NCBI GenBank assembly: GCA_041666965.1
Contig: JBAYFX010000002.1
Coordinates: 8,417-72,416 of the forward strand
DNA length: 64,000 nt
Direction: 5' to 3'
Source: Candidatus Shapirobacteria bacterium
GTDB lineage: Bacteria > Patescibacteriota > Microgenomatia > UBA12405
The translations under genes were made by a program, and so were the position numbers. This document shows, one piece after another, positions 58,541 through 64,000 of the stretch. Every line of letters begins with the position of its first letter. Position 1 is the first letter of the stretch. Below the pieces are notes generated by a model that was not told the DNA's origin, did not search any database, and saw only the letters and a program-made list of their open reading frames with translations.

Positions 58541-59607
58541 TGACCCATTACCTCCAACTGTCTGGCTAATCCCTGATCATCAAGTAATTTTGCCAATCCC
58601 CGAATTACGGCCCGATCCGGTTCTGCCACCTTAAGGCAACTTATTTTTAACTCTGATTCAATTTGTTCTCTTAAGCCATATTGCAAACTGGCTCCACCTA
58701 CTAAAACAATTCCCCGCCTAGTAACTTGAGCCATTATTTCCGGAGGTGCCTGATCCGCCAATGACTTAATGTTCTTAGTGATTTTTGTCAATTCTAAGGC
58801 TAGGGCTTCCCCAATTTCCCCCCGGTCCACTTTAATACTCACCGGTAATCCTGATTCCAAACTCCTCCCCCGTACCACTGTTTTTTCCCCCGCTTCAATT
58901 TTTCCCAGCTCCTCTCTCGCCCGCCGAGCCGTTACTAGACCAATCAATATCCCATATTTAATTTTAATAAAATTTATTATTGCCTGGTCCATAGTATCCC
59001 CACCTACATTTAGTTTTTTTGACAACACAATTCCCCCCCCCGATACCAAGCTCATTTCAGTTTTCCCCGCACCTACGTCTACTACCAACCCCTCAATATT
59101 ATTTTTAATACTGCTTACGCCTAAAAGCGCCGCCGCCGCTTGGTTAATAAAAGTCAACTTCCCACCACCCGATGCCTCAAACACTCCCTTTATTGCCCGC
59201 CTCTGAACATTCGACATTTCATAAGACACACCTACCACTCCCCGGGTCTTCAAAATTGCCGGATACCGGGTAGGAACACTTCCTAGTTTCTTAAAAAACC
59301 AGGAAACCAGCATTGTTAAGCCGCTTAAGTCCTGAATTTCTCCGCCCATCATCGGCCACACTACTTCCACTTTCTTAGGCTCTTTCTCCTGCATTATTGC
59401 TGCCTTGTCCCCATAAGCTACTACCACTGCCCTTTTCTGCCACCGCTTTTTTTTAATTCGAGCTAAAGCACTGGCTTCTTCCACCACAATTCCCCTCTCA
59501 GCCAAGTAAATCAATGACACCTTAGATCCCAAGTCCAGTGCCAACCTCATTCGGAAACGATCAACCGTTTCCATCCATTTTTCTTTAACTTGACTTATGC
59601 CTACCAT
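58537..59607 (-). CDS. mreB: Rod shape-determining protein MreB (divergent)
   Basis: ALDLGS, VVDVGAGKTE, VGGDTMD, GIVLVGGASL. Confidence 0.88.
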   Translation of the reverse strand: MVGISQVKEKWMETVDRFRMRLALDLGSKVSLIYLAERGIVVEEASALARIKKKRWQKRAVVVAYGDKAAIMQEKEPKKVEVVWPMMGGEIQDLSGLTMLVSWFFKKLGSVPTRYPAILKTRGVVGVSYEMSNVQRRAIKGVFEASGGGKLTFINQAAAALLGVSSIKNNIEGLVVDVGAGKTEMSLVSGGGIVLSKKLNVGGDTMDQAIINFIKIKYGILIGLVTARRAREELGKIEAGEKTVVRGRSLESGLPVSIKVDRGEIGEALALELTKITKNIKSLADQAPPEIMAQVTRRGIVLVGGASLQYGLREQIESELKISCLKVAEPDRAVIRGLAKLLDDQGLARQLEVMGQ

Positions 59608-59651
59608 GTCTTATTCTAAAACACATTAGCCCACTCTCCTATAATTACCTT

Positions 59652-61571
59652 ATGACCAAATTATATTATCTTTTGTTTCTAGTTACTCCGCTTTTGTTTT
59701 TTACCCTAAACTCTGAGGTTTTCGAAGTTCCCAAAATGTATTTTGTTTACCTACTGACCCTTCTAATCCTTGCCCGCCATCTTTGGGGTTATCTTAAAGG
59801 AAGGCATCCTCTTTATCTGCCTCACCCCCTTAATCTCCCTCTATCCCTATTTTTTCTAAGTCAACTTATATCTACCCTAATTTCCACTAATCCTACCCTT
59901 TCCTGGTTTGGTTACTATTCCCGATTAAACGGCGGTCTGCTGTCCACCCTCGCTTACCTATTGTTATTTATCATCGCCGTCGTTCATTTCACCCCTTCCT
60001 CATTTTTCCATCTCTTGCACCGCTCTACCCTACTCGCCTCACTTCCGATTGTCACCTATGCTCAGGCTCAACATTTTGGTATCGACTCAAATTACTGGGT
60101 CCAGGACGTCAAGGCTCGGGTCTTCTCAACTTTTGGTCAACCCAACTGGTTGGCTACATATCTCGGTGTAGTTCTGGCCTTCTCTTTAAGTCAAATCAAC
60201 TTACCGGACAATACTTTTATTCGCCGTCTTTCTTCACTCTATCCAATCCTAATCATTATTGCCATTATTTTCACCCAATCAAAAACTGGTTTAACCGCCA
60301 CTGCTTTAGTAATCGGTTTAACCTTTATATTACAAATCGGTAAAACTAAACTATGGCAACTTCTAAGCTACCCGTTTCTATTCTTTTTCCTTCTCTTAAT
60401 TACTCCCAATTTTATTACCCAAAAGCTTTTTCCCGCTTCCCCCGCTGCCGGTACTCAAGTTCCTCCAACTCAGAATGTCACTTCAAGTGGCGACATTCGC
60501 CTTATTGTTTGGCAAGGTGCACTTTCTCTTTGGCGCCAATACCCTCTTTTTGGTACTGGTCCGGAAACTTTTGCTGATACTTATTATTGGGTTCGCCCCA
60601 TCTCCCACAACCTTACCTCTGAATGGGACTTTCTTTACAACAAAGCCCATAATGAATATTTAAATTACGCCGCCACTACCGGTACTTTTGGTATTTTGGC
60701 CTATTTGTCGGTTTTACTGTTCACCCTTATTTTAATCATCCGCTCCCAACAGTACACCCTGCTAACTGCCTACCTCTGTCTTTTAGTCAATCACGCCACT
60801 GGCTTTTCCATCGTCATTAGTGCTCTCTATTTATTTCTCATTCCCGCCGCCATTTCCTGGCCCAAACCAGCCCCCACTCCACTCTCCAAACCAAATCATT
60901 TAGTCTACCTACCCCTGTTTCTGGTCATTGTCTTTTTACTACCCAAAGTTGTGCTTTTTTACCTCTCAGATCTCTACTATGCTCAAGCTTTAAAGCAATC
61001 AAGCGCCGGTCAATACCCAAGTGCCCTCACCCAAATCGAGCTGGCTACGTCCCTTCGGCCAAATTTCCCTGAATACCTCATTAATCTTTCGGTCATTTCC
61101 GCCCAAAATGCCCTGTCTACCACCGACGCCGCACTTCAAAATAAATACTACCAAGCCGCCATTTCAGCCTCTGATAAGGCGCTAGTTTTGTCTCCCAGCA
61201 GCATTAATTACTGGAAATTATCTGCTCAAACCAGCTATTATCTTAAAGATTTTAATCAAAACTTGCTCAAACAAGCCACCACCCGGCTCATTAATGTGTC
61301 CAAGCTAGCCCCCACCGACGCCCGTTTATTCTTTTTAATTGGCGAGTTCCAGCTAGAACTTAAGGATTATTCTGCCGCCCAAAAGAGTTACCAGACAGCA
61401 CTCAACCTCAAATCCAACTACGACCATGCTTCCTTTCGTCTAGCTCAAATTTATTTCTTAAATAAAAAATTCCCCCAGGCTAAAAATATGTTGGAGTTAA
61501 CCCTACGTTTGGCTCCATCCAATATAGACGCCAGAGATTTATTAAATAAAATACCCGCCAATACTAACTAA
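59652..61571 (+). CDS. O-antigen ligase (Wzy_C)-like membrane protein with TPR tail
   Basis: RVFSTFGQPNWLA, R..VW, GTGPETF, KAHNEYL; C-terminal TPRs. Confidence 0.88.
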   Translation: MTKLYYLLFLVTPLLFFTLNSEVFEVPKMYFVYLLTLLILARHLWGYLKGRHPLYLPHPLNLPLSLFFLSQLISTLISTNPTLSWFGYYSRLNGGLLSTLAYLLLFIIAVVHFTPSSFFHLLHRSTLLASLPIVTYAQAQHFGIDSNYWVQDVKARVFSTFGQPNWLATYLGVVLAFSLSQINLPDNTFIRRLSSLYPILIIIAIIFTQSKTGLTATALVIGLTFILQIGKTKLWQLLSYPFLFFFLLLITPNFITQKLFPASPAAGTQVPPTQNVTSSGDIRLIVWQGALSLWRQYPLFGTGPETFADTYYWVRPISHNLTSEWDFLYNKAHNEYLNYAATTGTFGILAYLSVLLFTLILIIRSQQYTLLTAYLCLLVNHATGFSIVISALYLFLIPAAISWPKPAPTPLSKPNHLVYLPLFLVIVFLLPKVVLFYLSDLYYAQALKQSSAGQYPSALTQIELATSLRPNFPEYLINLSVISAQNALSTTDAALQNKYYQAAISASDKALVLSPSSINYWKLSAQTSYYLKDFNQNLLKQATTRLINVSKLAPTDARLFFLIGEFQLELKDYSAAQKSYQTALNLKSNYDHASFRLAQIYFLNKKFPQAKNMLELTLRLAPSNIDARDLLNKIPANTN

Positions 61572-62137
61572 AGCTTCCCTTCAATTACTTTTTTTACGTC
61601 CCACACCTCTTTTTTCTCCCCCCTCCACCTATAGAATTTTCCTCCCTCCAAGTCAATCCAGTCCACAAATAATATTCCGTCCAAGTGATCTGACTCATGT
61701 TGCCAAACAATTGCCTCAAATCCACCCAAAGCTTTCTTCTTTGTCACCAATTTTTTGTTAATTAGCTCTTGCCACTTAACGTCTATTTTCAAATACCGCC
61801 GCACAGTCCCGTAATAATCGGGAAAAGACAAACATCCTTCCAAAAAGTCTTCGGATGTTTTGTCATCCTTTACAATTACAGGGTATGCTTTTTCCCCATA
61901 TGTTTTGGTTATTTCCGGGTTAATAAATACTTTTACTTTTTTTGTTACCGGATCTTTAATTCCAAAGAATCTCCCCTCAATTCCTAATTGGGTCGCCGCC
62001 AACCCGGCACCGTTTTCCGCCCCCACCAACTCTTTTTTTAATTCATCAATCTCCCTAATCAATTTGGCTTGAACCTTTTCAATCGGTTTTGTCTTTATCC
62101 TTAAAACATCATTAGGATAGGTTACAATTTTGGTCAC
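61568..62137 (-). CDS. def: Peptide deformylase
   Basis: GAGLAATQ, EGCLS, QHESDHLDG. Confidence 0.97.
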   Translation of the reverse strand: MTKIVTYPNDVLRIKTKPIEKVQAKLIREIDELKKELVGAENGAGLAATQLGIEGRFFGIKDPVTKKVKVFINPEITKTYGEKAYPVIVKDDKTSEDFLEGCLSFPDYYGTVRRYLKIDVKWQELINKKLVTKKKALGGFEAIVWQHESDHLDGILFVDWIDLEGGKFYRWRGEKKEVWDVKKVIEGKL

Positions 62138-62222
62138 GTTCTATTTTATCAAACTGTTCCCTTTGTCTGCCGTTTACCCACTTTCAACTTTATGAACTTT
62201 ATGAACTTAAGTATAATGGGCT

Positions 62223-63125
62223 ATGTTTAGACTAATCTTTTTTGGCTCTTTTGGTCAATACTCCCAACTCACTCTGGAAAAACTTCTTACCCACCCCGAA
62301 ATTAATGTGGTCACAGTCGTCACCTCCCCTCCCCGGCCCGGTAACCGCGGTCAAATTACTAAAAATCCGGTTGAAGTTTTCGCCCAATCCCAAAGTATTC
62401 CCGTCCTGACTCCGTCTACGCTCAAAGACAATCTTCCTCCACTTCCCCCAGCCGATTTCATTTTAGTGGCTGGCTATGGGTTATTAATCCCCGCGTCTTG
62501 GTTATCTCACCCCCGTTACCTGGCTTTAAATGCCCACCCGTCCCTTTTGCCGCTTTATCCCGGACGTTTCCCTGTTGAATGGGCCCTGCTAACCGGGCAA
62601 AAAGAAGTTGGCTTGAGCATAATTTCCATGAACTCCGGCTTTGACTCAGGCGCCCTTGTTTATCAAAAATCACTCGAGGTCTCTCCATCCGATACCCGCC
62701 ACACCCTTTATTTGGAACTTTATGCTCAAACTGGCTTAATTGCACCCGATTTGTTTACCCAACTGAGTAATTCCCTGTTAACACCCTGGTCTCAGCCCAA
62801 CCTACCCACCTTCTATGCCCGAGGTCTTACCCGTGATGACGGATTTATTCCTTTTGATATTTTTCTTAGCTTTGCCAACACTAACCCGATTCCTTCCACC
62901 CCCTGGCCTCTGCTTGAAGAAATTAACCTCCATCTTCCCTCCCCCATCAATCCCCACACCTTAATTAGTCGCATGCAGCTAGCCCTCCAACCCTGGCCAG
63001 GTTTATGGACCAAAACACCTACCGGCATCCGGCTTAAGATCACCCAACTTTCGCCCCTTATGGTTCAGCCTGAAAGCAAGCTTCCTACCCCCTGGACACA
63101 CATAAAAAATCTCCATACTAATTAG
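62223..63125 (+). CDS. fmt: Methionyl-tRNA formyltransferase
   Basis: IFFGS, VAGYG, NAHPSLLP, DSG, LQPWPG; divergent from def. Confidence 0.9.
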   Translation: MFRLIFFGSFGQYSQLTLEKLLTHPEINVVTVVTSPPRPGNRGQITKNPVEVFAQSQSIPVLTPSTLKDNLPPLPPADFILVAGYGLLIPASWLSHPRYLALNAHPSLLPLYPGRFPVEWALLTGQKEVGLSIISMNSGFDSGALVYQKSLEVSPSDTRHTLYLELYAQTGLIAPDLFTQLSNSLLTPWSQPNLPTFYARGLTRDDGFIPFDIFLSFANTNPIPSTPWPLLEEINLHLPSPINPHTLISRMQLALQPWPGLWTKTPTGIRLKITQLSPLMVQPESKLPTPWTHIKNLHTN

Positions 63126-63219
63126 CTTTATATTCCGCATATATTCCGTATCTTCAGGAACATTTATTTTTGACTTTTAATCAAAAATTTTCAAAATTAA
63201 ATAAAGGAGGTACACAAAT

Positions 63220-63312
63220 ATGCCAGTCAAAAAAAAACCAGCCAAAAAAACAGTCAAAAAAGTGGTTAAAAAAACAGTTAAAAAAACTGTAAAGAAAGCT
63301 AAAAAGAAATAA
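63220..63312 (+). CDS. 30-aa Lys-rich, histone H1-like peptide (not in ORF track)
   Basis: AAAGGAGG SD; MPVKKKPAKKTVKKVVKKTVKKTVKKAKKK; followed by a terminator. Confidence 0.75.
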   Translation: MPVKKKPAKKTVKKVVKKTVKKTVKKAKKK

Positions 63313-63326
63313 GTCTAGTTTCTTTC

Positions 63327-63355
63327 AAAAAACGGCACTCCGGTGCCGTTTTTTT
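63327..63355. terminator. Bidirectional intrinsic terminator
   Basis: AAAAAACGGCAC-TCCG-GTGCCGTTTTTTT between convergent genes. Confidence 0.85.
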
Positions 63356-63365
63356 GTGTCCAATC

Positions 63366-63560
63366 TTATGCTGAGGCAATTTCCATCTTCAGCCTCTTTA
63401 TACACTTAGTACAAAAATCACCTTTTATGGAACCTTGGGTGGTTTTTATGCTGATTTTTTGAATATTAGCCTTGTAAGTTCGAGGTGTCCTGTTTTGAGC
63501 ATGCGATCTGTTACGGCTAATCACCGTTCCTTTACCGCAAAATGAGCAATTTCGTGTCAT
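63366..63560 (-). CDS. rpmB: 50S ribosomal protein L28
   Basis: MTRNCSFCGK..RSHAQNRTPR..NIQ..CTKCIK. Confidence 0.93.
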   Translation of the reverse strand: MTRNCSFCGKGTVISRNRSHAQNRTPRTYKANIQKISIKTTQGSIKGDFCTKCIKRLKMEIASA

Positions 63561-63597
63561 GGCGTATACTATAGCATTAGTCAGCCTTTTTTTAAAC

Positions 63598-64000
63598 ATG
63601 CTCCTTGGACTTCTAATCACCCTAACTTTTCTGATTATCGGAATCACTGTTCATGAATTTTCCCACGCCCTGGTAGCCGACCGCCTAGGTGACCCAACTC
63701 CGCGCTTTTCCGGTCGCCTTACCCTAAACCCCCTCTCGCACCTTGATCCACTGGGTTCAATCATGCTGGTTATTGCCGGATTTGGTTGGGGTAAACCTGT
63801 ACCCATCGACACCTACAACTTTTCTCACCCCCGTCGCGATGAAAATTTAGTCGCCATTGCCGGACCCTTAAGTAATTTACTTATTTTCTCAGTCCTGGGT
63901 TTACTTAACTTGGCTCTACCTCAATTTGGCCCCCTTTGGTTTACTGGCGCCCGTTTAAACCTATTTTTAGCCTTTTTTAACCTCCTTCCCCTCCCCGCCC
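63598..64000 (+). CDS. Site-2 protease, M50 family (runs off window end)
   Basis: [44 protein letters not shown]. Confidence 0.92.
   Translation, partial: MLLGLLITLTFLIIGITVHEFSHALVADRLGDPTPRFSGRLTLNPLSHLDPLGSIMLVIAGFGWGKPVPIDTYNFSHPRRDENLVAIAGPLSNLLIFSVLGLLNLALPQFGPLWFTGARLNLFLAFFNLLPLPA

Noticed and set aside
168-63043. Numerous antisense/overlapping ORFs in the track (e.g. 2587..3042, 19412..20104, 31687..32268, 56363..56833)
   Set aside because: Shadow frames of well-supported genes, with S/P/T/L-rich composition caused by strand skew
62187-63152. Short direct repeats ACTTTATGA x2 (about 62187) and TATATTCCG x2 (about 63129)
   Set aside because: Only two copies each in AT-rich intergenic DNA; could be operators but are unsupported
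1-64000. UGA recoding (genetic code 25) as in Gracilibacteria/Absconditabacteria
   Set aside because: Conserved genes are intact under code 11 and several end at TGA

Overview
Chromosomal window from a small-genome bacterium. The gene content (truncated RF1, short EF-Ts, no pyrH between tsf and frr, cohesin/dockerin surface cluster, VirB4-like ATPase) suggests Patescibacteria/CPR, probably Microgenomates (inference). The genetic code appears to be standard code 11. Most of the window is housekeeping: gyrA, xer, dnaB, hisS, rpmE, prfA, rpsF-ssb-rpsR, cysS, dnaX-ybaB-recR, rpsB-tsf-frr-rseP, topA-dprA, mreB-mrdA, def/fmt, rpmB, tRNA-Leu and tRNA-His. Main unexpected structures: (1) a histidine-responsive locus with two tandem ribosome-mediated attenuators. 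An 11-aa His-His leader peptide precedes a tRNA-His gene, and a 90-aa Cys-rich uORF with a His-rich C-terminus precedes a GNAT - M20 hydrolase - hisS operon. (2) A symmetric 28-bp dif-like site next to a single Xer recombinase, with GGGTAGGG (KOPS-like) motifs converging on it. (3) A ~600-nt structured element with a promoter, a boxA-like motif, a 15-bp closing inverted repeat and a hidden Zn-finger small ORF, upstream of an 8-kb array of orphan genes sharing a repeated domain I do not recognise. (4) A cohesin/dockerin/GH39 surface cluster, two REP-like repeat families, pervasive leaderless promoters and several unannotated small proteins. All calls come from reading the sequence; no searches or folding programs were run.
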